Shown one piece after another: positions 12,033 to 24,600 of a stretch of DNA of 64,000 nt. The position numbers and the translations under genes are program-made. The notes beneath the pieces were generated by a model, which saw only the letters and a list, made by a program, of their open reading frames with translations, was not told the origin of the DNA and ran no database searches. Position 1 is the first letter of the stretch. Each line of letters begins with the position of its first letter. Origin of the DNA: Bilabrum cf. latius (lineage: Eukaryota); assembly GCA_965178125.1 (NCBI GenBank), contig OZ237777.1, positions 1-64,000 on the forward strand, in the 5' to 3' direction.

Positions 12033-13482
12033 ATACTAGACTACCTACGACCTACACATACCTAGACACATACTTCACACACCGCATGCGGCTGATTACA
12101 GCATTCGGGCCTGCCATTTGCACACAATCCGATTGAAGCGCACCTGGTCTCGCGTTGATTTCAAGTGCGCACCCCTGCAAACCCCCATCAATTCCAACCA
12201 CTGGGCCCCGCCATGACGTATGATAGTTGCACATGACATGATACACCAATACAGCACGACATACAGACCAACGGGGCATTCACAGACGAACACACACCCA
12301 TTTGCACATCCCCTCTTTGCGAACACAACTTGTAAACTCGTCCCAGTCTACCATGATCCCATCTATGGGCAGTCACAACAACCACAGCAAAAAAATTACA
12401 ACATTGTCGAACCTACCAATCGACCGTGCGAGCGCGCCGGCGCCCAAGAGAAAACACACACCTTAGCCATCGAACCTGGGCTCAGTTTAAGTGTTGCTCA
12501 GGGCACGTGATCCGTAAACCTGCAAACTTGTAAACCTTTCAAATTATCGTAAGTGTCTGCCAATCGGGCAAAATAAGAATCTATATATGTTCAATAATAC
12601 ATTGCATCTGCTAAATAAGTTAGAGTATCCTTGGGCTTCGCGAAATCGAAGCTGCAAAGTCTCTGTCGCTCCACTCCGACGAACACATTCTGCGTATTCA
12701 CTCTCATTTCTCACTACTTCGCTGCGAATCGCTTCGCAATATGCCTGATAGCTATAACAAAATATACTAAACCGAGGCGTAAGGTCAGTGCATCTTTAGT
12801 GGCCACGTTCAAAGCGATTTGCATTCACTGTGAAATAGGAAGTTGCTAGGCATTGCCTGTTTCCAGCGTGGGGAACACCAACACGTCGGACCATTGCGGG
12901 TTTACATCGTATTCTAGTGCATTGGTGCGTTCAAACACACTTGGGTGGGCTGAAACGAGGGTATTCAAAGGACTTGAAAGCTTGCAAACCTGGACTAGGG
13001 CCTTGAAGCGCCCGCAAATTCATGGCTTGCTGCATATGGCTGCAGCATGTGTGTTTATGGACGTTATTACTCCTTTGTGGCTTCAGTTGTAGTGTAAAAT
13101 CATATGAATCCCTGTGGAATCGCGATTGTCAATGGTTTGGCCGACGCGTGGGCGCCGCGGCGCAAGTGCAAGTGCTGGCGGAACCTTGGGGACGGCATCG
13201 CTCGATACCGTTGTGGCCCGAGAGGTGACTATGCCATCAATTGATATGCGCCATTCGTACTAATTATAATACATGATTATGGATAGGCAGTGCAGGAGAC
13301 AGATAAGGTTCATGCAATACTTCCATTCGACTATCATCATGATGCGAGACCTCTCCAGGCTTACCAGGGCTTGTTGTCAATGCAAACCCCGCAGCGGTTA
13401 TAAATGTGGAACAAATTTGCAATATTTATATGTAAGGGTAAGCACGCACTAGATTGAGACGTGGGCGACACCAAGACGCACC

Positions 13483-14040
13483 ATGGAGGTATCCAGCCGT
13501 GTGCTGCTCCAAGTCTGCGATGTGAACAGGAAGGGCGAAAGATTGTTTCGTCGCAGTAGGCCATCAAAACGCCAGAGATAGCTGAAGTAGCGCTGTGCCG
13601 TCGAGGCATTCCCAGCATGTGCGGCTGAGGCAAGCCTGAGAGGCATATCCACTAGCAAGCTGCAGCAGAGCAGCTTGGAGGCGCAGGACGTTGCAGGCCG
13701 GGCCAGCGATGTATGTATTAGTCAAGCACTGCTCCGCACGCGGCACCGCACTGGCCGATCCGCACGTTCGGGCCGAGCTGGAGCATGCCGGTGCTGTGCC
13801 TCTGCATCCATCGAGAGGGCTTGGCCCTCCTCCCGCGGGTGGCGTGCGCCTCCCTCCCTGAAACCGAAAGGAAAGGAAAGGAAAGGAAAGGGGGCAGTAC
13901 GCCCTGCCGGCTGGAGTCGACCAGGAAGACATGTGGCAACGAGGCCAGTCGCATACTGGAAAAGGTGGGCCGCTGCTGAACCAGTCGATCGGGGGCGAGC
14001 CCAGTGGGTCCGCGGGACCAACGCGTGCACCTGCACCTGA
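13483..14040 (+). CDS. Hypothetical protein or first exon (TAG readthrough)
   Basis: MEVSSRVLLQVCDVNRKGERLFRRSRPSKRQR*LK*RCAVEAF... runs in frame into track ORF 13675-14040. Possible splice donor GTATGT at 13711. Confidence 0.3.
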
Positions 14041-14972
14041 CCGGGGTGTAGCTGCCCCACCACCCCTGCCCACAGATGTGTTCGTACCAGTGTTGAGCTG
14101 CCTGGACATGACGGTTCAGGGGAATCTTCAGGGTTAAGAGTGGCGAAAATCCTTTTGGCCGGTGGGTCTCCAGTGGCAGCGGACACGGGCCAGGCCACCT
14201 GCTCCTGACCTGCCTTCCACGAGGCCAGGGTGGGCCCCAGCACGGGGGCATGCCCCGCGGATCAAGTAAGGAGCTGAATCGCCTCCTTGGCCCAGCAGCA
14301 GCAGCAGACGCAAGAGCAGGCGCAGGAGCAGGAGGACAGCATCATGGTGCAGCTGCGTTGGGTGGCGTGCCTACTAGTGGTAGTGCATCCGCTGCCTGGC
14401 ATGGCACTGGCCCTCGTTAGGCAAAAAGCTTGCCCACCCACCAAACGATAGTGTTGATTTATAAACACCATCGGACGGAATCGTGCATCCGTCCACTAAC
14501 CAGATTTGCATGCACCGTGACACTGCAAGTGGCCACACCATGAGATCGCCGCTATAAAACGACTCCGAGTCGGAGCTTCGACAAAGCACATTTTGACCCG
14601 TGTCAGTCTGCAATTAAGCGTCGCATCAAGTCTCTTGCTCGTATTCAGTAAGCATAGTATTGTATCACGCAGATGACCGGTTTGGCGGTTTTACTCACAC
14701 ATACACTATGCATTGCCCGGGCATCACAGATTGAGATGTGTATCTGGATTCCCATTGTGATCTGATATGCGCCTGCTTACAGCCATGCATCAATGATCCA
14801 AATTACGTTTACGCTGCAGATCTCTTCTGGGATCACGAGAGGAATCAACGAGCGCATCAACGAGCGCACAAACGGACTGCGAGCGAGCGTAGCGATGCAA
14901 CGACTCTACATTAAAATGGACCAAATTGGGTAAATATATTCTCTCCAGTCTACCAGCTGCAAGTATTGAGAT

Positions 14973-16229
14973 ATGTCAGACGATCTGGCAGACGGTCCAT
15001 GCCGAAGAAGAGGGTCAACCTCCGGGATATAGCGAAGCAACGGGCCTGCGTCAACTGCAACAAGACGAAGAAGGCGCCTTTCTGGGATTGTTGACGACTA
15101 TGATCCTGCTGCAGCCACGTGGGATGACGTGATCCACCTATCAACGCATGTGATTGCATTTCTTGCTATTGCGGCTGACCAAGAGAATTCCACGCACCCG
15201 AACGAAATTGGTCATGTCGCGAGACGGTTGCGCGAGGCCAGGCGAGCAGTGGAAAATCTCAGTTCATCGATTGAGGCAAGTTTAAACGATTCGGTCGGCA
15301 GTTCTGATGCCGAAATGAGCTTGAACATCGCCCCAAAAAGCGCAGGCCTAGGCCGCGATTCCCTCGATGCAGTCGGCGCATCACAGACACGCGACCCCTC
15401 AGCGCTGGCAGTGGCAGACGATGGCAGCCGCAGCAACAGCGGCGAGCTGCCAGTGGGATCCACCGGAGCAAGTGTTGGCATGGCTTCTGATGGCCCACCT
15501 CCCTCCTCGACCTCGACCAGCGGGCTCCCCGTGCACTCGGGCAGCGCACGATAGCTGGCACTGTCCTCGACCTCGACCAGCGGGCTCCCCGTGCACTCGG
15601 GCAGCGCACGATAGCTGGCACTGTCCTCGACCTCGACCAGCGGGCTCCCCGTGCACTCGGGCAGCGCACGATAGCTGGCACTGTCCTCGACCTCGACCAG
15701 CGGGCTCCCCGTGCACTCGGGCAGCGCACGATAGCTGGCACTGTCCTCGACCTCGACCAGCGGGCTCCCCGTGCACTCGGGCAGCGCACGATAGCTGACA
15801 CCGTCCTCAACCTCGTCCGCCTCGCCGTCCGACGCCGGACCAGGGCCATTGCCAGGGCCAGCGGTTGCCATTGGATCCAGGGGACGGGGTGTGGGCATAC
15901 GTGATGGCAGCCGGACTCATATGGCTGCGTCTGTGGCCGGTGCTGTAGGATCGGGGTGGGGTGTGGGCATGAGTGACGGCAGCGGGAGTCACCTGTCGCA
16001 CATGAGCGACGTGGAGCTGTCCCCAAGTATGCGGGTCTACGGCAGCGGGGGACAGGAGATGGATTGGGACGGTATCGCCATCTCAGGGTCCCCTCGCATG
16101 GGATCCTCGGAGTATAGTGCACCAAGTCAGCCGTGGGCCACGAGGGATGCCCTTGGCCATGAGCATGACAGAGGACAGTGGCATGGTGACGAGTTGTGGC
16201 AAGAATCGGACGGCCCCGATCATCTGTGA
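14973..16229 (+). CDS. Hypothetical 418-aa Ser/Gly-rich protein with five 20-aa repeats (TAG readthrough)
   Basis: From ATG 14973 (MSDDLADGPC...) to TGA 16227-16229 in one frame. The only interruptions are TAGs at 15030, 15552, 15612, 15672, 15732 and 15792. It joins track ORFs 15129-15554 and 15849-16229. Confidence 0.65.
15504..15797 (+). repeat. 60-bp tandem repeat x5, in frame (SSTSTSGLPVHSGSAR*LAL)
   Basis: Near-identical consecutive 60-nt units at 15504-15797. Confidence 0.97.
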
Positions 16230-16299
16230 CTATGGTTGATACACATAATATCACAATAGATCCATGTAAGTGCATTGTCCATCTATGTGTCACGTCCGC

Positions 16300-16645
16300 G
16301 GCTGTTATATGTACTCGGACATCAGGATTGAAGCGACGGGGAGCAGAGGTGAGACGGAAGACGAGGTGGGCGCAGGAGGTCAGGAGGTGGAGAAGAAGAG
16401 GGGGACACCGGCACAGGCGACGACAGTGCGGTGTCAACAGGGAGAACACAACGGGAGGAGTGGGGGCTCCAGGTGCAAGGCACGAGGGAGACGCGGGTGG
16501 CAGCGGGCTGCAGGGCCAGCAGCACGCAGAGGGCCAACAGGTGGGTGGACAGATGGGGCGCACGGCAGGTCGGCCAGGACCGGCGCGTGCAAGCTGACAG
16601 GATAGGGCCAAGGTGACAATGCAGGGAGCAGAACACACGGTCCCT
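16300..16645 (+). repeat. Dispersed repeat module, also at ~51030-51245 (+), ~53300-53640 (-), ~55210-55550 (-), ~62340-62630 (+) and partially at 46120-46200 (-)
   Basis: Shared sequence such as caccggcacaggcgacgacagtgcggtgtcaacag and caacaggtgggtggacagatgg. Confidence 0.9.
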
Positions 16646-19598
16646 GGGCGGGGAGCAGCCACGCCCGATGCAGCTGTCAACATCGCTCATGGTTGGCGGG
16701 CAGACGGTGTGGGCAGCCGTCGCCGGTCAGCGAGCTGCCGCCATCTGATCTCGACCGCGGGAGTGGCAGCGCAGAGACATTGCATGGCCATTTCAAGCGC
16801 CTTCCGGCCGCCCGCAACCAGCACGACGGCCCGTGGCCCATGTGTTGCAATGGTGTGTTCGTTTGATTTCGATGTTGGCCAACTTTTCGGACACTCGTCA
16901 CATCATTCCCTCCTGCGAACCCTCAGAGAAGGTTCGGTATGCCACCGGTGCAGTGGCATCCAGCAGCCATTGCAGGTTTTGTGTGCTGTATTGGTGCCAG
17001 GCATCTGCCAGCACGTGCTGCATCAGGAATGATCGGCGATGGAATGCCGCTAGCGCAGCTGCTGCAAGCCTGATTCTGAATACTAATACTCATTGCTTGC
17101 ACTTTTCATTGTCTTCGGTACTAGTCTACTTGAGGGTCGAAGGGATGGAAACGCGCTAATGCTCGCACTAAATAAATGAAAAGGTCGCATGATTTCAAGT
17201 GTGGTCCCGTGGTCGCATTGATGGCCTCCTAGGAATGGCAGCTTATTCGAGCATACAGTAGGGGAAACTCACAGCATGCTGCATATTTATAATGTGCATA
17301 TTCGAATACATAGTATAGATGCGCATGCGTGGTAGCACGTAGTTCGTTCAATCAGGCTATCGCTCCTCCAAGCGGGCAACACAATAGCTTGCTTCATGAG
17401 ACGGTTCGCTAGTATAAAAATTGTGGCAGGCTTCCATCTTGCAAGATAATCTTGCTCATGCTCTACTTATTACAAAACGCCGCACGTATTTAATTTTATC
17501 TGACACATTCCCTGGGTTGAGCCGATTCGAGACTTGCTGCCGCTCTGGGCACTCTCCGCCGTGAAGCATGCTAAGCCTCACGCTGCTCTTCCAACGCACT
17601 GATTGGTTCATCATTTATTCATTGACTACAAACCTTTTCATATTCGCGCCTATCGTAGCGCTGAGGAGCCATTGCTCCGACATGTCACGCCGCTGCTCCA
17701 TCTCCACAGCATCCACCGTCGGGCACTGCCGCTGCCCTCCCGCGCCCGGACCACCTGTGATTTTTTACGGACCATATGAGAGGGCGAGACGGGGCATGGC
17801 TTGCCCATTCACGATCTGCTGCATGGCCTACCAATTGACGACTGGCCTACCAGTGGATCCAGCTGCGCACGCACCACATGCCCTGCATCGCAGCAGATGG
17901 GACCCAGCTAACACTTACAGGTCCTGGCCAACCTGACCCGCGTCTCATCCATCCAGAGAGTCAATCACATGATAATCGACTGTGCTACTTGGGTCTTTTC
18001 CTCTTGATTCCTGACCCGAACCAGCCAGAGCCTTTACCCATGGTTCCGGACCTGGATCTGAAGTCTACGGAATCCGCCAGCGCTTCGCGGTGCATCGCTG
18101 CACATGCTCGTACTAGCGCCCACTGCAATCTCAGGCAAAATGGGCAGCAGCGCCACTTTCCGGACACGCTGTGTGCGCGTCCATAGGCGATGCGGGGCGG
18201 ACCACGACGGCAGGTTCGGAGCAATCCGATGCACGGCCTGCGCAAACTAGCTTTGATTGCATCCTTTCGCCCGTCGGACTTTTATCTTTGCCCCTTGCCG
18301 AATCTTACAATTCCCTACTCGAGATACTATTGATGATTGGCAGCAGCCTGGGCCTGCCTTGCCGCTATGTGGCGAAGTGCCGGTTGCAGGCTTCACCTCT
18401 ACTACACTACAGTCTCTGCTACGGCTTGGAGTGATTCGAGCGCAAATCTTCGTCAGCGTAGGAAATAATGCTGGGGCTGAAATCTATGGCATTTGCGAGC
18501 CAGTAGCTGCCGTTGTATGTTGGTTCGGCGTGTATCCGGGCGAGCCTGGGTGACGATGCTGCCAAGCTGTCTCCAACCTCTTGGTTCTAACGAGTACGGC
18601 GAGCTCCTGCGCTATGAAGATATCCGAAACTAATATCGGGGCTCATTGGTTCGCGCGGTCGAAGCGATGGCTCGATGGCTCGCACCAAATTTGGTGTGTT
18701 GGTCGACACAAGGATGCGCTGCCAATCATTACTTTCCGTTGCTAGGTTATGTTGTTGATCGCCAAACTCTTACAGATTTCTATCGTTCAAAGTGGCGCTG
18801 TGTTGAAATCGTGTGTCTCGCGCCAACAAGGCATCGAGGCATGCAAACGCCGTTGCTGCTTGTAGTGAAGTTCCACCCAGCACGCGGCGCCAAGCCTTGT
18901 TCGAGATCGCCTATCGTGGAAGCAAACGATTCACCGATCACAGCTGAAACCATGCTATTTCAATGATCCGAGGTACGCTCACACTCGATGTTCATAGAGG
19001 ATGGGATGTGAAACACAAATGTGAACACTCACAGTTCCGGTCATCGGCGCTGCTATGCCGGCGCACCCGCAGAGACAGCGACCAAGCAGGCCGAAGCCCC
19101 AGAGGCCACCTCGACCAGTTAGGCAAAGAGGAAACAGTCCAAAAGCATATACGTGCCCCCATCCACCTGCGAGCGGAGCGGCACAAGGTACGTAGACCTC
19201 ACTCCCTCCCCCTGGCAGCGCAAGAAGCAGCTGCAGGCCGCAGGACCGGAACCCTCTACCCCGGTGTGGAGTACATCCCTACGCTCGATCCCATTCATCG
19301 GCGGCATGTGTGGCTCCTGGTCCGGCTGCGCTTCCGCCGACCGGTCCCCTCCTGCTCCTCGAGTGAGGGACACACGTCCTGCCCGTGGCGGCCACTGCCA
19401 CCGGCCCCCCATGACTGGCTGACCCGAAGATGCACCACCGTACCGCGTAACTTAGATGTGCCCCCTCCTACCCCGCTGGTAGGCTCTAACCCCAACGGCT
19501 AGTCCGGACTGCTGGGCAGACAGGTGCATGTGCAGCGGGCCAGGAGCCACCTCGGATGCACCACCGTTCGATGCGACCGCCCACATGAAACCTCTCGG

Positions 19599-20757
19599 CT
19601 GCAGGTCGGGGCAAGTGCCTCAGGGCTGCAGGTCGGGGCAAGTGCCTCAGGGCTGCAGGTCGGGGCAAGTGCCTCAGGGCTGCAGGTCGGGGCAAGTGCC
19701 TCAGGACTGCAGGTCGTTGCTGTGCCTCAGGGCTGCAGGTCGGGGCAAGTGCCTCAGGGCTGCAGGTCGTTGCTGTGCCTCAGGGCTGCAGGTCGGGGCA
19801 AGTGCCTCAGGGCTGCAGGTCGGGGCAAGTGCCTCAGGGCTGCAGGTCGGGGCAAGTGCCTCAGGGCTGCAGGTCGGGGCAAGTGCCTCAGGACTGCAGG
19901 TCGTTGCTGTGCCTCAGGACTGCAGGTCGTTGCTGTGCCTCAGGACTGCAGGTCGGGGCAAGTGCCTCAGGGCTGCAGGTCGGGGCAAGTGCCTCAGGGC
20001 TGCAGGTCGGGGCAAGTGCCTCAGGGCTGCAGGTCGGGGCAAGTGCCTCAGGACTGCAGGTCGTTGCTGTGCTTCAGGGCTGCAGGTCGGGGCAAGTGCC
20101 TCAGGACTGCAGGTCGTTGCTGTGCCTCAGGACTGCAGGTCGGGGCAAGTGCCTCAGGGCTGCAGGTCGGGGCAAGTGCCTCAGGACTGCCGGTCGGGGC
20201 AAGTGCCTCAGGGCTGCAGGTCGGGGCAAGTGCCTCAGGACTGCAGGTCGTTGCTGTGCCTCAGGGCTGCAGGTCGGGGCAAGTGCCTCAGGGCTGCAGG
20301 TCGGGGCAAGTGCCTCAGGGCTGCAGGTCGTTGCTGTGCCTCAGGGCTGCAGGTCGGGGCAAGTGCCTCAGGGCTGCAGGTCGGGGCAAGTGCCTCAGGG
20401 CTGCAGGTCGTTGCTGTGCCTCAGGGCTGCAGGTCGGGGCAAGTGCCTCAGGGCTGCAGGTCGGGGCAAGTGCCTCAGGGCTGCAGGTCGGGGCAAGTGC
20501 CGCAGGGCTGCAGGTCGGGGCAAGTGCCTCAGGGCTGCAGGTCGGGGCAAGTGCCTCAGGGCTGCAGGGTGGAGGCAAGTGCCTCAGGACTGCAGGTCGT
20601 TGCTGTGCCTCAGGGCTGCAGGTCGGGGCAAGTGCCTCAGGGCTGCAGGTCGGGGCAAGTGCCTCAGGGCTGCAGGTCGGGGCAAGTGCCTCAGGGCTGC
20701 AGGTCGTTGCTGTGCCTCAGGGCTGCAGGTCGGGGCAAGTGCCTCAGGGCTGCAGGG
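19599..20757. repeat. Two-variant minisatellite: 27-bp CTGCAGGTCGGGGCAAGTGCCTCAGGG interspersed with 26-bp CTGCAGGTCGTTGCTGTGCCTCAGGG
   Basis: Read directly; about 43 units. Confidence 0.95.
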
Positions 20758-20762
20758 TGGAG

Positions 20763-21010
20763 GCAGCCGGCCCCCGATTTCGACACGTCCGTCCTACAAG
20801 ACGCCATGGACGAGTGCGAGGGCGAGGATCAGGTGAGGGATCAGTGGAAGCGGGTCGTGGCCACCAGCCAGCTCGCGCTGGCCAGGAGGCTCTGCAGTGC
20901 GGCTGCTGGCGAGTGGCTGGACCGGGCGGACGAGCGCCTGCCCAGCGACCCCGGTCGTCGATGCGGCCCAAGTTGGCAGGTAGCCCTGCGCGATCGAGCG
21001 GAACCTGGAG
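20763..21010 (+). mobile_element. Possible degenerate fragment of a non-LTR retrotransposon ORF (post-RT region, CRE/R2-like)
   Basis: DQWKRVVATSQLALARRLCSAAAGEWLDR..LPSDPGRRCGPSWQVALRDR resembles the 'ARLxSxxxxxAGAWLxxxP...FxxALRxRLG' segment of RLE-type LINEs. By-eye match only; no RT core seen. Confidence 0.3.
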
Positions 21011-21688
21011 TTGCAGCAGCGTGGCGGTGCTGGGCTGTTCGTGGTGGACGTGGGTGGGGGAGCTGGAGGAAGGGCAAGACTGGGCGGGGGGACAGGCCAA
21101 AGGTCTCCGGACAGAGACGTGAAGGAAGATATGGTCTGCTGCTCTCTGTTGGCAGTGGATGGGGCCACCGCTAGATCCAGATGGAGCGAGGGGACCTGAG
21201 GACACCGTCGGCGTTATGGCCGGCTGTCGGAGTTATACAGCGTCGGCTGCTCTGTGCAGTGGGTATCAGGTTGACGCAGCAAATGTATGTACACGAATGC
21301 CAGTATATATCTTTCATTAACTAGAGAATCACTTGAATCAGTGTGAATAAGAAGATAAGACCAGGTCAGAAGATGAAAAACAAAAAAAATATGGTTGCAG
21401 CCGGAGTTGACCCCGGCCCCTGCCTGCCACCAATCGGGCGCGACTTGACTCAAGCATTTCGACTTAGGTCGGCTGGTAAAATCAATGATCAACATACCAC
21501 ACATTGATATAATTCGAGATCGCCTGGTTTGCCTAAGAAAAAAAGTTGCTCGACCCTCCTGAATTGAGAGATTTGCGCCTGATTTTTGGTTTGTGTGTCG
21601 ATTTTGGAAAATCATTGGGTCTGCGGGTGGTCCGCCATCCTGAATGTTTCAGGAACACACCCCAACGCCCCCCCCATAAAGGGTTCCA

Positions 21689-24600
21689 GACACTCGGAGT
21701 CCGTGCAGCACCTACCGATGGGCATCGTTGCCGACGCTCGGAGTCCGCGCAGCACGTACCGATGGGCATCGTTGCCGACGCTCGGAGTCCGCGCAGCACC
21801 TACCGATGGGCATCGTTGCCGACGCTCGGAGTCCGCGCAGCACCTACCGATGGGCATCTATGCCGACGCTCGGAGTCCGCGCAGCACCTACCGATGGGCA
21901 TCGATGTCAACGCTCGGAGTCCGCGCAGCACCTACCGATGGGCATCGATGCCGACGCTCGGAGTCCGCGCAGCACCTACCGATGGGCATCGTTGCCGACG
22001 CTCGGAGTCCGCGCAGCACATACCGATGGGCATCGTTGCCGACGCTCGGAATCCGCGCAGCACCTACCGATGGGCATCGTTGCCGACGCTCGGAATCCGC
22101 GCAGCACCTACCGATGGGCATCGTTGCCGACGCTCGGAGTCCGCGCAGCACCTACCGATGGGCATCGTTGCCGACGCTCGGAGTCCGCGCAGCACATACC
22201 GATGGGCATCGTTGCCGACGCTCGGAATCCGCGCAGCACCTACCGATGGGCATCGTTGCCGACGCTCGGAGTCCGCGCAGCACCTACCGATGGGCATCGT
22301 TGCCGACGCTCGGAATCCGCGCAGCACCTACCGATGGGCATCGTTGCAGACACTCGGAGTCCGCGCAGCACCTACCGATGGGCATCGTTGCCGACACTCG
22401 GAGTCCGCGCAGCACCTACCGATGGGCATCGTTGCCGACACTCGGAGTCCGCGCAGCACCTACCGATGGGCATCGTTGCTGACGCTCGGAGTCCGCGCAG
22501 CACGTACCGATGGGCATGGTTGCAGACACTCGGAGTCCGCGCAGCACCTACCGATGGGCATCGTTGCAGACACTCGGAGTCCGCGCAGCACCTACCGATG
22601 GGCATCGTTGCCGACGCTCGGAGTCCGCGCAGCACCTACCGATGGGCATCGTTGCCGACGCTCGGAGTCCGCACAGCACCTACCGATGGGCATCGATGCC
22701 GACGGTCGGAGTCCGCGCAGCACCTACCGATGGGCATCGTTGCCGACGCTCGGAATCCGCGCAGCACCTACCGATGGGCATCGTTGCAGACACTCGGAGT
22801 CCGCGCAGCACCTACCGATGGGCATCGTTGCCGACGCTCGGAGTCCGCGCAGCACCTTCCGATGGGCATCTATGTCGACGGTCGGAGTCCGCGCAGCACC
22901 TACCGATGGGCATCGTTGCCGACGCTCGGAGTCCGCGCAGCACCTACCGATGGGCATCGTTGCAGACACTCGGAGTCCGCGCAGCACCTACCGATGGGCA
23001 TCGTTGCCGACGCTCGGAGTCCGCGCAGCACGTACCGATGGGCATGGTTGCCGACGCTCGGAATCCGCGCAGCACCTACCGATGGGCATCGTTGCCGACA
23101 CTCGGAGTCCGCGCAGCACCTACCGATGGGCATCGTTGCCGACGCTCGGAGTCCGCGCAGCACGTACCGATGGGCATGGTTGCAGACACTCGGAGTCCGC
23201 GCAGCACCTACCGATGGGCATCGTTGCAGACACTCGGAGTCCGCGCAGCACCTACCGATGGGCATCGTTGCCGACGCTCGGAGTCCGCGCAGCACCTACC
23301 GATGGGCATCGTTGCCGACGCTCGGAGTCCGCACAGCACCTACCGATGGGCATCGCGGCCGACGCTCGGAGTCCGCGCAGCACCTACCGATGAGCATCGC
23401 GGCCGACGCTCGGAGTCCGTGCAGCACCTACCGATGGGCATCGTTGTCGACGCTCGGAGTCCGCGCAGCACCTACCGATGGGCATCGATGCCGACACTCG
23501 GAGTCCGCGCAGCATCTACCGATGGGCATCGTTGCTGACGCTCGGAGTCCGCGCAGCACGTACCGATGGGCATCGTTGCCGACGCTCGGAGTCCGCGCAG
23601 CACCTACCGATGGGCATCGTTGCCGACGCTCGGAGTCCGCGCAGCACGTACCGATGGGCATGGTTGCCGACGCTCGGAGTCCGCGCAGCACATACCGATG
23701 GGCATCGTTGCCGACGCTCGGAGTCCGCGCAGCACCTACCGATGGGCATCGATGTCAACGCTCGGAGTCCGCGCAGCACCTACCGATGGGCATCGATGCC
23801 GACGCTCGGAGTCCGCGCAGCACCTACCGATGGGCATCGTTGCAGACACTCGGAGTCCGCGCAGCACATACCGATGGGCATCTATGTCGACACTCGGAGT
23901 CCGCGCAGCACCTACCGATGGGCATCGTTGCCGACGCTCGGAGTCCGCGCAGCACATACCGATGGGCATCGTTGCCGACGCTCGGAATCCGCGCAGCACC
24001 TACCGATGGGCATCGTTGCAGACACTCGGAGTCCGCGCAGCACCTACCGATGGGCATCGTTGCCGACACTCGGAATCCGCGCAGCACCTACCGATGGGCA
24101 TCGTTGCAGACACTCGGAGTCCGCGCAGCACCTACCGATGGGCATCGTTGCCGACGCTCGGAGTCCGCGCAGCACCTACCGATGGGCATGGTTGCAGACA
24201 CTCGGAGTCCGCACAGCACCTACCGATGGGCATCGTTGCCGACGCTCGGAGTCCGCGCAGCACCTACCGATGGGCATCGTTGCCGACGCTCGGAATCCGC
24301 GCAGCACCTACCGATGGGCATCGTTGCAGACACTCGGAGTCCGCGCAGCACCTACCGATGGGCATCGTTGCCGACGCTCGGAGTCCGCGCAGCACCTACC
24401 GATGGGCATCGTTGCCGACGCTCGGAGTCCGCGCAGCACCTTCCGATGGGCATCGATGTCGATGGTCGGAGTCCGCGCAGCACCTACCGATGGGCATCGT
24501 TGCAGACACTCGGAGTCCGCGCAGCACCTACCGATGGGCATCGTTGCAGACACTCGGAGTCCGCGCAGCACCTACCGATGGGCATCGTTGCCGACACTCG

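Noticed and set aside
14999-15094. MPKKRVNLRDIAKQRACVNCNKTKK as a Zn2Cys6 cluster
   Set aside because: It lacks the remaining cysteines, ends at TGA after 31 codons and overlaps a much longer frame.
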